Positions 51,101-59,971 of a DNA stretch of 64,000 nucleotides are shown piece after piece. The stretch spans positions 8,796-72,795 of the forward strand of contig JAKPQA010000074.1 in the NCBI GenBank assembly GCA_029547025.1, written 5' to 3'. The number at the start of each line of letters is the position of its first letter. Position 1 is the stretch's first letter. The translations under genes were made by a program, and so were the position numbers. Below the pieces are notes generated by a model. It was not told the DNA's origin. It saw only the letters and a list, made by a program, of their open reading frames with translations, and made no database searches. This DNA is from Armatimonadota bacterium (lineage in GTDB: Bacteria; Armatimonadota; Zipacnadia; UBA1398; JAKPQA01).

Positions 51101-51509
51101 CTACCGCGCAGATGACTCGGACACCCTCCATGTCTCGCTGACCGTCCGCCCCACCACAGACCGGCCGGATACGAACGCCTTCTTCGCGCTGCGGATTCCC
51201 TTCGCAGCCACGGCTTGGTCGGTGACCGGGGCGACGCAGGAGCTCTCCGGTGACGTCGGCACGCACCCCGGCCAGCGCATCTACCAGGCCCGCGAGGTCA
51301 CCACCGGCCGCGATGGTGTTCGCATCCGCCTGAGCGGCGACGCCGGCACGGTCACGCTCTCCGAGGACGGAATCGCCCAGAACCCCTTCCTACTCGACGG
51401 CGGCCCGAGCACCATCCACCTCTTCTTCGCCCTGCTCGACGGCCAGGCCGTCACCTTGCCCGCCAATACGGACCGGACGGCAACGGCTCGCATCGAAGTG
51501 GGCCAGTAG
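48189..51509 (+). CDS. Secreted multidomain protein with GH13 (alpha-amylase-like) catalytic domain
   Basis: GGAGGT RBS; LPYLKSLGVSALWLLP, IDPDVGT, DGYRLD, LPEA, FLELHD (regions II-IV). Confidence 0.8.
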   Translation: MEVALAGLLAAALAWGVAPPSEVACGSMALDFDAVTGQWCGWSENGRELLSPSTRPDVTVAGPELEWPAPGLWQADEPVAIVEQGVYRVSVRRHAGDWTLTTQFEAYPDERRLVRSVTLRWNGAATLRTHQVTLRVPGLSLGDSQSAVGCLPGAYPPHEFPLAIDGPSRAELEPGWTWSETGCAYVRSDAAGLSVLGAYRLEDDRARVSLETGQGGPALVHHFEVVARLAPGSEITVGSQCLQLAEPDLPAIREAGASLSERVNFGPPPDRPQWLDGAVLYEVHPWGRLEAWGAGDRGDRFPSLETQLPYLKSLGVSALWLLPVTEKPPWVYYLPKLREIDPDVGTLAELASMIRAGHGLGIRTLMDIVTYGVAPDSPDVAHLPDTVWCLDENGERQKAWGGTVMAADCSNSDWNAHIVDLGSYWVRETGCDGYRLDCGGAGQVPNYSPKAHPKANRAMLAGGVRQNALLRAAIRAINPDAVLLPEAGATGNFRSADMLFDYPFYMACRELTREPDTGLAVTRLRDWLAAQQITHSLRQQLSMVRFLELHDTVSAQEFFGLGPSQALTALSTFIPGVLLLQQEQEIGMAEELRQWLQLRHELPELGRGEADYRGVTVDDPRVLAFTRRSVDGASIVLVNFAPVALSCHVRWQEDLTEVFPEATDALTGAAVADGQPITVPAYRPIVIALRRDGAGPRPRIPSREATPGPLWAAAPEVAPLGDGLERHTVRVTGATEWFVLTTEGFAMDEFVDRHRGTKPGETHVDAVPPLARVWRPLENRLWDGPGPTGFGLAGAAGDAVWLPITDREALRGARIEADSPAGGDVRLVIDAPAGAQPFEIAETTRDELLSMARVARPPASAARVEVDPLFVRVSNGHYTASMARRHGGVLAGLCAPGGKPLLAGMADVYTDWGLFERGIRIASEWETSPRMSIREAHGAAEVTFEGALRRPSWNGVAAGPVADPVVRYTLTYRADDSDTLHVSLTVRPTTDRPDTNAFFALRIPFAATAWSVTGATQELSGDVGTHPGQRIYQAREVTTGRDGVRIRLSGDAGTVTLSEDGIAQNPFLLDGGPSTIHLFFALLDGQAVTLPANTDRTATARIEVGQ

Positions 51510-51559
51510 GGCGTGGACGCAAGCAACACAGATCCGCAAGAGAGGAGGGGACAGGGCGC

Positions 51560-51664
51560 CATTGGCGGTAACTTGGGCCCAGGTGGTGCGCCGAAGGCCC
51601 GTACGCCGCACCGCCCCTCCACGACCGCGTCCACGGGCCGATGGAGCCCGATGTGACCGTCATG
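51560..51664. repeat. Short degenerate relative of the MITE lacking the central module
   Basis: Perfect CATTGGCGGTAAC at 51560; right end GCCCCTCC..GGGCCGATGGAGCCCGATGTGACCGTCATG aligns with 63334-63386; no TSD. Confidence 0.65.
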
Positions 51665-51759
51665 CCTCCCGGCCCCCCGGGCACTGACGGCTAGCGGCGC
51701 GCAGGGGGGATCGCGAAGCGCGTCTGGCTGATCGGGCGCGCGGCAATGGAGTCCACGGA

Positions 51760-53931
51760 ATGGATGACCGCCTTGTGACGCTGTGTGGCCTGCCCATGGC
51801 GATGCTCGCGGCCGGCGCGGCCGGTCTGGGGACGCCCTGGTATCAGCAGGCGCTCGTCGGGATGGAGGTCGGCCCCACCGGCGCCCAGTTCGGCGCCGAG
51901 GGCGGCGACCCGCTCTATGCGGCGCGGTTCAACGGCAGCGAGATCGTCCGGCGATGCCGCGAGGCGGGAAGCGAGTACGTGGTAGTCTGGGCCCGCGATG
52001 GAGTCTATGCATACTACGACTCGGCCGTCCAGCCCAAAGCGCCTGGCCTCAGAGAGCGCGACGTTCTGCGTGAGGCGGTGCGGGAAGGGCGCCGCCTCGG
52101 TATGCCCATCATCGCTTACTGCGTGCTCCAGTACCCCACGACGGCTCTTGCGGAGCACCCGGAGTGGGCCATGCGCGACGCCGATGGCAAACCCATCCCA
52201 GACCGGGTGTGCTTCAACAGCCCCTACCGGGAGCACGTCAAAGACCTGCTCAAAGAGATGCTCGCCTATGGGATCGACGGGTTCCACCTCGACATGGTCG
52301 ACCAGGGCTTCGGCCCGCCCCACGGATGCTGGTGCGACCACTGCGCCCGGCTCTACGAGGCCCGCTATGGTGCGGCCATGCCCACCGGCGTCACGTGGGA
52401 CGAGAGCTGGAACCGGATGCTCGAACTCCGGTATGAGACGAGCGCCGGCTTCGAGCGCGAGCTCACGCAGTTCATCCGCTCCGAGGCCCCGGGCGTCACC
52501 GTCGACTACAACTACCACGGCAACCCTCCCTTCTCATGGGAGGTGGGCCAGAGACCGGTCCAGCACGCCGTGAACGGCGACTTCGTGACGGGCGAGACGG
52601 GCATCTGGGGCTTCAGCGCCCTCACCACGGGCCTCAATGTCGAGATCTACCGGGCGGCCACCCCCGGCAGACCCGTACAGGTGGCGATGCAGCGCGGCGT
52701 GAGGATGTACCACGACCAGACGACCCGACCGCTTGCCGACATGCAGTGGGAGTTGTACACGCTCCTGGCCCACGGCGCCTTCGTGACCATGGTCGACAAG
52801 ACGGCGTACGATGGATGGCTCGACCCGGTCGCGTACGAGCGGATCGGCGAGCTGTTCGCTGAGGCGCGCCGCCGCCGCGACGAGTTTGGTCATGCGCCCG
52901 TCGCTGACGTAGCACTCTGGTTCAGCGACAGGAGCCGCGACTGGTACGGGCGCCAGGATCCGAGCCGGTACTTCGCCGGCTTCCTCGGCGCGCACAAGGC
53001 CATGACCTACGAGCACCTGCCATGGTCCGTCGTCCTCGAGGAGAACGCGTCCCTCGCGACCCTGAAGCAGACCCCGGTGGTGCTGCTACCCAACGCGGCC
53101 ATCGTCGGCGAGGCCACCGTCCGCCTTCTCAGCGACTACGTGACTGGCGGCGGCAACCTCATCGTCACGGGCATCTCCGGCTGCTTCGACCACATGGGAC
53201 AACCGCGCCCCCACTCGGCCCTCGAGAACCTCATCGGCGGGCGCTTGGTGCGGCCCCTCGAGTCCCGAGACAACCACGTCCGGTTTGCCCGGGGACAGGG
53301 TCCGGAGGCACTCACGGCGGGCCTGCGCCCTGATTGGCCATTCCTCGTCGAAGGCCCCGCAGTGGTGTACGAGGCGACCGAGGCGACCGCCATCGGCGAG
53401 TTGCTCGCACCGCACCGCACCGTCCGCCAGATCCAGGGTGTGGAGGACACGGCTTGGCCCATGAGCGCCGGCGAAACAGTGGGACCGGCAGCGCTCCTGA
53501 ACCAGCTGGGCAGCGGCCAGGTCCTCACCCTGGCATGCTCGCCCGACGCAGCCACATCCGGCGAGCACCCGATCGTCGAGGCACGACGGCTCCTCGCGAA
53601 CGCGGTTCGCCTTCTCGCTCCGGAACCGAGAGTCAGGGTGGACGCTCCGGTGACGGTCGAGGTGGTCGTTCGCGACGACCCGGAGCGACGGATTCTGCGG
53701 GTGCACCTGATCGGGTACTCCGCACCCCCGCAGACACTCCCCGCCCGCAACCGCCCGTACGTACTGCCAGGCCTGATGGAGGAGCCGCCAATCTACGAGG
53801 CAACCGTAACTCTGCGCGATAGGCCCCGAAGCCTGCGGGTGGTGGGGCGGGCTGACCCACCCAGGCGCGACGGGCGCCGTATCGCCCTGACGGTCAGAGA
53901 CACCCACGCCGTCCTCGTGGTCGGCTACTGA
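51760..53931 (+). CDS. GHL6-like hypothetical glycosyl hydrolase with beta-galactosidase trimerisation-like domain
   Basis: RDVLREAV, HPEWAMRDADG, CFNSPYRE, IDGFHLDM, CWCDHC, VVLLPNAA, YVTGGGNLIVTG; start could be 51796. Confidence 0.8.
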   Translation: MDDRLVTLCGLPMAMLAAGAAGLGTPWYQQALVGMEVGPTGAQFGAEGGDPLYAARFNGSEIVRRCREAGSEYVVVWARDGVYAYYDSAVQPKAPGLRERDVLREAVREGRRLGMPIIAYCVLQYPTTALAEHPEWAMRDADGKPIPDRVCFNSPYREHVKDLLKEMLAYGIDGFHLDMVDQGFGPPHGCWCDHCARLYEARYGAAMPTGVTWDESWNRMLELRYETSAGFERELTQFIRSEAPGVTVDYNYHGNPPFSWEVGQRPVQHAVNGDFVTGETGIWGFSALTTGLNVEIYRAATPGRPVQVAMQRGVRMYHDQTTRPLADMQWELYTLLAHGAFVTMVDKTAYDGWLDPVAYERIGELFAEARRRRDEFGHAPVADVALWFSDRSRDWYGRQDPSRYFAGFLGAHKAMTYEHLPWSVVLEENASLATLKQTPVVLLPNAAIVGEATVRLLSDYVTGGGNLIVTGISGCFDHMGQPRPHSALENLIGGRLVRPLESRDNHVRFARGQGPEALTAGLRPDWPFLVEGPAVVYEATEATAIGELLAPHRTVRQIQGVEDTAWPMSAGETVGPAALLNQLGSGQVLTLACSPDAATSGEHPIVEARRLLANAVRLLAPEPRVRVDAPVTVEVVVRDDPERRILRVHLIGYSAPPQTLPARNRPYVLPGLMEEPPIYEATVTLRDRPRSLRVVGRADPPRRDGRRIALTVRDTHAVLVVGY

Positions 53932-54123
53932 GCGCGCGACCATGGCCTGGGGGCCATCCCCATCCCGCCGACCCTGAGCCGCCGCGTTCACGCGGCGTGA
54001 CGAAGGGCGGCGGGACCGCTGCCCAGCGGTCGGTGTGCGGGAAGGCCGAGGAGCGCCTCGGCAACCAGGGCCATGGGCCGACATGACCCCAACGCCCGGC
54101 CAGTGCCCCTGGCCGCTCTCCCC

Positions 54124-55404
54124 TCAGTACGCGTACCCCTGCGACCTCAGGTAGTTGCCCACATCTGCGCGATGCGTGACCGCCCGTGGCGCTCCGCCGC
54201 CGGCGACGGGCTGCAGCCAGATCTCCCGCACCAGCCCCGGCGCGTCGGTCGTCGACGATAGCACGCCAGACCCATCCCACGTGAACGCTGGGCCAAACTG
54301 GTCCACGTCAGGCACCCCGGGAAGCTCGCGGGCCGCACCCCCGGTCGCGCTGACGAGCCCGACGCGATACAGGCCACCGCCCGTACGGATCGTGCACGCA
54401 ATCCACGTGCCATCTGGCGACCACACCGGATGCAGGTACCAGGAGTCGCCTTCCGGGCTCAAGCGCTTGGCCCCCTGGCCGTCTGCCGCCATGGTCCAGA
54501 GGTCGTAGGCCACCCCCTCGGGCGTTTCCCTCTCACGGACGAACGCGATCGACTGTCCGTCCGGCGACCAGCACGCGTCCTCCTCGCCGGCCGGGTCCGC
54601 GGTGAGCCTCTTCACGTTCGTCCCGTCAGCGCTCATCGTGTAGATGTCGCCAGGCCCTCGGGTGGTGTCTTCGGCCACCGGGCGCGCGTCGAACAGGATC
54701 GTCCGGCCGTCGGGCGAGAACGTCGGACGGTAATACGCCATCCGCGGGCTCTGCGCGATGATGCGCCGGTTCCCACCGTCGACGTCCATCAGTGCGATGG
54801 CCGAAGGGTTGTCCGCGGCCCCGCCCGTTTCGAACACGATGGCCTCCCCGTCTGGCCTCCAACAGGGATGAAGACCCTCGTCGAGACGTGCATCATAGCC
54901 TTCAGGAGCGTCCGCCACATTCGGCGTCAGGTTCCTCGGGTTCGAGCCATCGGCGTCCATCAGCATCACGTCGTACTCGCTGTCACCGCCGTCTTGCACC
55001 GAGTAAACGATCCGTCCGTCGGCGTGGCACGCCCCGTATGCATAGGGGACCACATGCACGTCGACCGTGTCCGTCTGCCCGCCCGCAGCCGCCGACAGGG
55101 TCCCGTGGGCGCGCCGGGGCCCCGCCGTGAAGGTCCCGTCGGCATCGATGGAGCCGATCGGGCCCGCGACCGTCCAGGCGGGCCTCAAGTTCGGGTCGGC
55201 CGCGCCGTCGAACTCGATCCGGGCGCTCATCGACTGCCTCTGGTTGATGTAGATCACCAATGGCTTCGGCGAGACCACGATCGCCCGGACCTTCGCGTCG
55301 GCCTGAGCCAGGCAGTGGGACGTGGGGACCCAAGTCAGCAGGAAAACTGCGACCGACCAGATCAGACCGCCTTGGCGGAGCGAACTTGGCATGGTGAACC
55401 TCAT
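54124..55404 (-). CDS. Secreted TolB-like PD40-repeat protein with N-terminal Ig-like segment
   Basis: Repeats MDADGSNPRNLT, PTFSPDGRTILF, MSADGTNVKRLT, WSPDGQSIAF, PVWSPDGTWIA. Confidence 0.85.
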   Translation of the reverse strand: MRFTMPSSLRQGGLIWSVAVFLLTWVPTSHCLAQADAKVRAIVVSPKPLVIYINQRQSMSARIEFDGAADPNLRPAWTVAGPIGSIDADGTFTAGPRRAHGTLSAAAGGQTDTVDVHVVPYAYGACHADGRIVYSVQDGGDSEYDVMLMDADGSNPRNLTPNVADAPEGYDARLDEGLHPCWRPDGEAIVFETGGAADNPSAIALMDVDGGNRRIIAQSPRMAYYRPTFSPDGRTILFDARPVAEDTTRGPGDIYTMSADGTNVKRLTADPAGEEDACWSPDGQSIAFVRERETPEGVAYDLWTMAADGQGAKRLSPEGDSWYLHPVWSPDGTWIACTIRTGGGLYRVGLVSATGGAARELPGVPDVDQFGPAFTWDGSGVLSSTTDAPGLVREIWLQPVAGGGAPRAVTHRADVGNYLRSQGYAY

Positions 55405-55406
55405 TC

Positions 55407-56399
55407 CTATGGGGTACGCACCTCGGTGTTCGCATCGCGGATCACCACGGTTGCGCCCGGTGGTACCGAGCTGAGGATCCACACGCTGCTGCCGATCACC
55501 GCGCCCTTACCGATCACCGTGTCGCCGCCCAGGATGGTCGCGTTGGCGTACACCACCACGTCATCCTCGAGCGTCGGATGGCGCTTGATCCCCTTGACCA
55601 GCGTCCCGTCGTCAGCAACCTTGAAACTCCGCGCGCCCAGTGTCACTCCCTGGTACAGCTTCACATTCCGTCCGATCTCGCACGTCTCGCCAATGACCAC
55701 ACCCGTTCCGTGGTCGATGAAGAAGCTCTCGCCAATCTCGGCGCCCGGGTGGATGTCAATTCCCGTGTGCGAGTGGGCATGCTCGCTCATGATCCGGGGA
55801 ATCAGCGGAACCTGAAGCCGGTAGAGCTCGTGAGCAATGCGGTGTGTCGTGATGGCCTTCAGTCCCGGATAGCTCACCATGATCTCCGCATAGGTGGTCG
55901 CCGCCGGATCGCCTCGATATGCGGCCTCCACATCTTTCACCAGCATAGCGCGGATCGCCGGAATGCGCGTCAGGAACTCCGCGGTGATGCGATTCGCCTC
56001 GGCCCGCGCGTCAGACATCGGTTCGGTCTTCCCCTCCGATGCCGCCAGGGCCCCGGTCCAGCGGAACGGTAACGCCTTCTCCACCTCGACCAGCAGGAGC
56101 CGGTACGCCTGGCTCAGCCGCTCCTCGACGAAAGCCTCCAGACTGGTCTGCTCCGTCAGCTCGGACGACATTCGCCCGGGGAACAGCACGTCTTGCAGGC
56201 AGTGCAGCGCCTGCACCACGTGCTGGAGCGACGGGATGCGGCCCGAGGCGCCCATGGGCACGTCGGAGCCGTCCTGCACGTAGCTCGGCAGCAGCGCCGT
56301 GGTAACCTCACAGATGCACCGCGCGGTGCTGTGCCTCAGGCACTCCACGGGCGCGCAACGCACTCGAGTGGTCGGCAACTCACCGGATTGATCTCCCAT
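55407..56399 (-). CDS. cysE: Serine O-acetyltransferase (CysE/EpsC type)
   Basis: DVEAAYRGDPAA, HRIAHELY, TGIDIHPGAEIG, FIDHGTGVVIGET, LYQGVTLG, KRHPTLED. Confidence 0.93.
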   Translation of the reverse strand: MGDQSGELPTTRVRCAPVECLRHSTARCICEVTTALLPSYVQDGSDVPMGASGRIPSLQHVVQALHCLQDVLFPGRMSSELTEQTSLEAFVEERLSQAYRLLLVEVEKALPFRWTGALAASEGKTEPMSDARAEANRITAEFLTRIPAIRAMLVKDVEAAYRGDPAATTYAEIMVSYPGLKAITTHRIAHELYRLQVPLIPRIMSEHAHSHTGIDIHPGAEIGESFFIDHGTGVVIGETCEIGRNVKLYQGVTLGARSFKVADDGTLVKGIKRHPTLEDDVVVYANATILGGDTVIGKGAVIGSSVWILSSVPPGATVVIRDANTEVRTP

Positions 56400-56620
56400 C
56401 GATCCTACCGCCTTCGTCCCGCCAGATTACCACCGGCTGCTCGGCCAGCCGCGAGGGCCGCTTTCGGCCACCAACGCGGCCCCGGAGGCAGGAGTTCCTC
56501 CGCCCAGGCGATTGGCGGAAGCCGATTGTAGCCACGTGACGCCTCGACACACAACAGGGGCGGCTACGGGGCAGGACGGCGATGGCCTTTCGGCGAAACC
56601 AGTCCACGGAGGTGCGTCCC

Positions 56621-57541
56621 ATGCGCGTGTCTCGGCTCATCTGGACCGCGGCCGCCGTCGGCCTCGCCCTGGGCGTGCCCGGCACCTCGGCCCAGGCTCC
56701 CGGCGATTCGGCCCCCGAGCGAGTGCTCTTCGCCGAACCCTTCGAGGACGCCGGCTGGGCAGCGAGGGGCTGGTACGACGGCCCCCACATGGAGCTCACG
56801 GCGGACGAGCACGCGCCTGGCAGCGTCCACTCCTGCGCGTGGCACTGGGCGGAGGCCGGCGCCGTGTCTCCGCGGGGCGGTGGCGCCCGGGTCCGCCTGG
56901 AACCCGTCGACAACGTCACGCTGAGCTTCTGGATCAAGCACAGCGCAAACTGGGCCTGGACCGGGCTCGGGTGGCATCCACACGAGTTTCATTTTACCAC
57001 CACAGAAGATGATGAGTACGTCGGTCCCGCCTATACTCATCTCACCTTCTACGTCGAAGCCGTCGATGGCAAGCCGCGGGTCGCCATTCAGGATGGCCGC
57101 AACATCGATCAGGACCGCATCGGGCAGGACCTGGTCGGCATCACAGAGCATCGCGCCGTGGCCGGCGGCAACGGGGACAGCGACGGCACCGGGGCCGGGG
57201 ACCACTACCGGAACGGCGACGTGTATTGGAACGGGAAGAGCTGGGATGCCGATGGCATCTACTTCGGCGACGAAGCTGGCCCCCGCTACAAGGGCGACTG
57301 GCACCATGTGAAGGTCAGGCTGAAGCTGAACTCAGTGGTGGACGGCGTCGGTCAGAAGGATGGGGTGTTGCAGTACTGGTTCGACGGCGAGCTGCTGATG
57401 GACCATAGCCGGCTCGTTTTCCGCACGGGGCAGCACCCGAACATGAGGATCAACCAGTTCCTCATGGCACCGTACTATGGCCCGGGTGTGCCGCACGCTC
57501 AGACCATCTGGGTCGATGATCTCACGATCACCACCCAGTAG
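56621..57541 (+). CDS. Secreted beta-jelly-roll protein, polysaccharide lyase-like
   Basis: GGAGGT RBS; signal peptide; GDWHHVKVRLKLNS, DGVLQYWFDG, VFRT, QTIWVDDLTI. Confidence 0.6.
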   Translation: MRVSRLIWTAAAVGLALGVPGTSAQAPGDSAPERVLFAEPFEDAGWAARGWYDGPHMELTADEHAPGSVHSCAWHWAEAGAVSPRGGGARVRLEPVDNVTLSFWIKHSANWAWTGLGWHPHEFHFTTTEDDEYVGPAYTHLTFYVEAVDGKPRVAIQDGRNIDQDRIGQDLVGITEHRAVAGGNGDSDGTGAGDHYRNGDVYWNGKSWDADGIYFGDEAGPRYKGDWHHVKVRLKLNSVVDGVGQKDGVLQYWFDGELLMDHSRLVFRTGQHPNMRINQFLMAPYYGPGVPHAQTIWVDDLTITTQ

Positions 57542-57646
57542 GCCGTCGTCACGGGCGCGCCTGGTATACTCACATGCTCATATGACCAGTCGCATGCCTC
57601 CGAGAACAGGAATCTCGTCCATTTCCTTACCATTCGGGGCCCGAAT

Positions 57647-59014
57647 CTAGCTCGCGAGACGTACGCGAGCATAGCGAATGGTATGGCTCTCTCCGGGGCA
57701 CTCGCCGAGCAGATCCAGGGTGTACGAGGGGGGCGAACCGGCCCGGACAGTGGCTGTGAAGAATGAAGAAAAAGGATACTCTAGGGGCACTCGAACGGCT
57801 GGCCCCGCCGGAGCACCGTCCCGCAGCTCGAGGAGCCGATCCTCGGAGAGCCCCTCGCCCGCCGCGTTCACTCCGCTGACATAGCCGAACACGAAGAGGC
57901 GGCCATCGGGGGTGACCTGGAATCGATGCTGCCCGGGCACCTCACCGCCCAGACCCTCGCCGGCTTCGAGCAGGGTTCGCCGGTGCGTCACCTGGCCATC
58001 GCGGACGATGGCGTACTCCAGTGCGTGTCGCTGCTTCGCCTCGGGGAAGAAGCGGTCGCGGAGCCGCTCGTCGATGGCCCGTTCGGTCCACAGGACATGG
58101 ACGGCGCCGTCTGGAGCCACGTAGAGGTCGCAGGGCGAGATCCATCCGCAGGTCTTGTCGCGGCTGGCGATCTCGACCCACGGCGTGAACCGGGCTGTTC
58201 GGATGTCCGGGCACGCCGTAAGGAAGAGGCGTCGGAAGTCGTAGTCCCATTCGCGTCCAGTGAGCTCCCGCTTGAAGTCCCGCCAGACGTGGTAGGGCTC
58301 GACGATGTCGCTCACGCCGCAGAAGTAGACGGCTCGGTCGCGCAGGGCGACGTTGGGGTAGCACACCCGAATGGGCTGCGGATCGTCGTACTCGGCGCCG
58401 AAGGGCCACTGGAGCTTGCCGGCTGCGACCCACTGGCCTGAGCGGTCGCGGAAGGCCCACTCGGCATGGGTGTAGCCGATGTTCTGGAAGAGGATGAGCT
58501 CGCCGTTGGGTCCGTCGGCGGCGAAGCTACGGTAGGAGTGCTCGGTGAATGCCGGCTCGCCCTCCCATCGCGGTTCGAGGACCGTGGGAGGCGCATCGGG
58601 CGCGATGGCGCGGAAGGCGAGGATCTGAGGCTTGGCGGGTCCGCCGCCCTCGGTGCCCGGGGGCGTGAGTGTCGGGTTCACCGACAGGAAGACCTGGCCG
58701 CCATTGAAGGCGGTCATGGGGCTCGGCTCGCGCGTGCGTCCGCCGTCCTTGGCAATGAGCCGCCAGCCCCCGTCGTAACGGGTGTAGAGCGTCCACCGCA
58801 CGTTATTGAGCGGCTGGGCGCCTTCGATGGTTTCCTGGCCCGAGGCGAACAGCCGGCCCCCGGATCGCACCAAGCAGGTGGAGCCGAAGCACCACATGGG
58901 CCCCGCACCGTTGTTGGGTGCGGTGTAGGTGTAGACCTCCTCTTCGACCTCAACCACTGGCGAAGCGAGGGCCACGATCGCACCCATGAGCAGCAGATCG
59001 GATCCGAGCATCAT
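57647..59014 (-). CDS. Secreted hypothetical protein, probable beta-propeller
   Basis: 455-aa ORF with signal-like N-terminus; NNGAGPMWC, CYPNVALRD, DGAVHVLW. Confidence 0.65.
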   Translation of the reverse strand: MMLGSDLLLMGAIVALASPVVEVEEEVYTYTAPNNGAGPMWCFGSTCLVRSGGRLFASGQETIEGAQPLNNVRWTLYTRYDGGWRLIAKDGGRTREPSPMTAFNGGQVFLSVNPTLTPPGTEGGGPAKPQILAFRAIAPDAPPTVLEPRWEGEPAFTEHSYRSFAADGPNGELILFQNIGYTHAEWAFRDRSGQWVAAGKLQWPFGAEYDDPQPIRVCYPNVALRDRAVYFCGVSDIVEPYHVWRDFKRELTGREWDYDFRRLFLTACPDIRTARFTPWVEIASRDKTCGWISPCDLYVAPDGAVHVLWTERAIDERLRDRFFPEAKQRHALEYAIVRDGQVTHRRTLLEAGEGLGGEVPGQHRFQVTPDGRLFVFGYVSGVNAAGEGLSEDRLLELRDGAPAGPAVRVPLEYPFSSFFTATVRAGSPPSYTLDLLGECPGESHTIRYARVRLAS

Positions 59015-59125
59015 CCATGCCCCCTTGCGGCACTGCTGGGCGCTGCGCGGACGCGATTCGGTGCCCGGTGTCGGAGGACCTTGGGACCATCGAGCTCGGG
59101 CGGTTGCAGGTTCTGGCGTATCCGT

Positions 59126-59971
59126 CTACGGGCCAGCCGCAGTCTCGGGCAGGTCGGCATCCGTGATGGCAGGGCCCGCTGCCTGGCGGCGGGCCCTGCG
59201 GATTGACATGTGGATGGAGTCCGTGGGGCATCCCTGGACGCAATCGGCGCAGACCACGCACTCGGTCGTACCGGGCACGGTGTGCTGGATGCACTCCCTG
59301 GGATAGCGTCCGCACCCGGTGCAGCCATGGGGGTCGCGAGCGATGCGCCACAGCGAGATCTTGTTGGCGAGTCCGAGGAGCGCCCCCAGCGGGCAGAGGT
59401 AGCGGCACCAGCCGCGAAGCACGAGCAGGCCCAGCACAACGGCTGCGGCCAAGACCCAGAGGCGGATGGCGTAGTGGGGTCCGCCGAGGGCCAGCGCGAT
59501 CCAGATGGGCTCGAGGCTGAACGTGTGCGGGGAGCGCACGACGTAGGGGTAGGGACGGGCCACGTCGATGCTCTCGGAGATGGCGATAGCGGCGACGGCA
59601 ACGAGGGCGGGATAGCGGAGCCAACGGAGGGCCGAATCGATCTTCGGCCACCCGCGTTTCCACGCCGATCCCTCTGTCAGGCGGCGCACGAACGATGGAC
59701 GCGGAAGGGAGCCGAGGGCTTCCTCGACGAGACCCATCGGGCAGGCCCACCCGCAGAAGGCCCTCCCGACGAGGAGGACCGACGCTCCCAACACCCAGAT
59801 GAACCACCACTGGATCCAGGTTCCCCAGCAATCGGCGAGGGGACACGAGGCGCACCCCACGAAGGGGACGGCGAAAGGGCAGCGGGTCCAGCCCACGTAG
59901 AGCCACTGGCCGGTCAGCGCGAAGAACGCCAGTTGGGAGATGCGGCGCGGAATCGTGATGGGCTGTATCAC
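59126..59971 (-). CDS. Membrane-bound 4Fe-4S binding protein (NapH/MauN-like)
   Basis: GTGA overlap with upstream gene; GRAFCGWACPMG, RGWCRYLCPLG, CTGCGRYPREC, CVVCADCVQGCP; hydrophobic segments. Confidence 0.88.
   Translation of the reverse strand: MIQPITIPRRISQLAFFALTGQWLYVGWTRCPFAVPFVGCASCPLADCWGTWIQWWFIWVLGASVLLVGRAFCGWACPMGLVEEALGSLPRPSFVRRLTEGSAWKRGWPKIDSALRWLRYPALVAVAAIAISESIDVARPYPYVVRSPHTFSLEPIWIALALGGPHYAIRLWVLAAAVVLGLLVLRGWCRYLCPLGALLGLANKISLWRIARDPHGCTGCGRYPRECIQHTVPGTTECVVCADCVQGCPTDSIHMSIRRARRQAAGPAITDADLPETAAGP

Noticed and set aside
54124-55404. Calling the PD40 protein tolB
   Set aside because: No TolB N-terminal domain and no tolQRA or pal neighbours.
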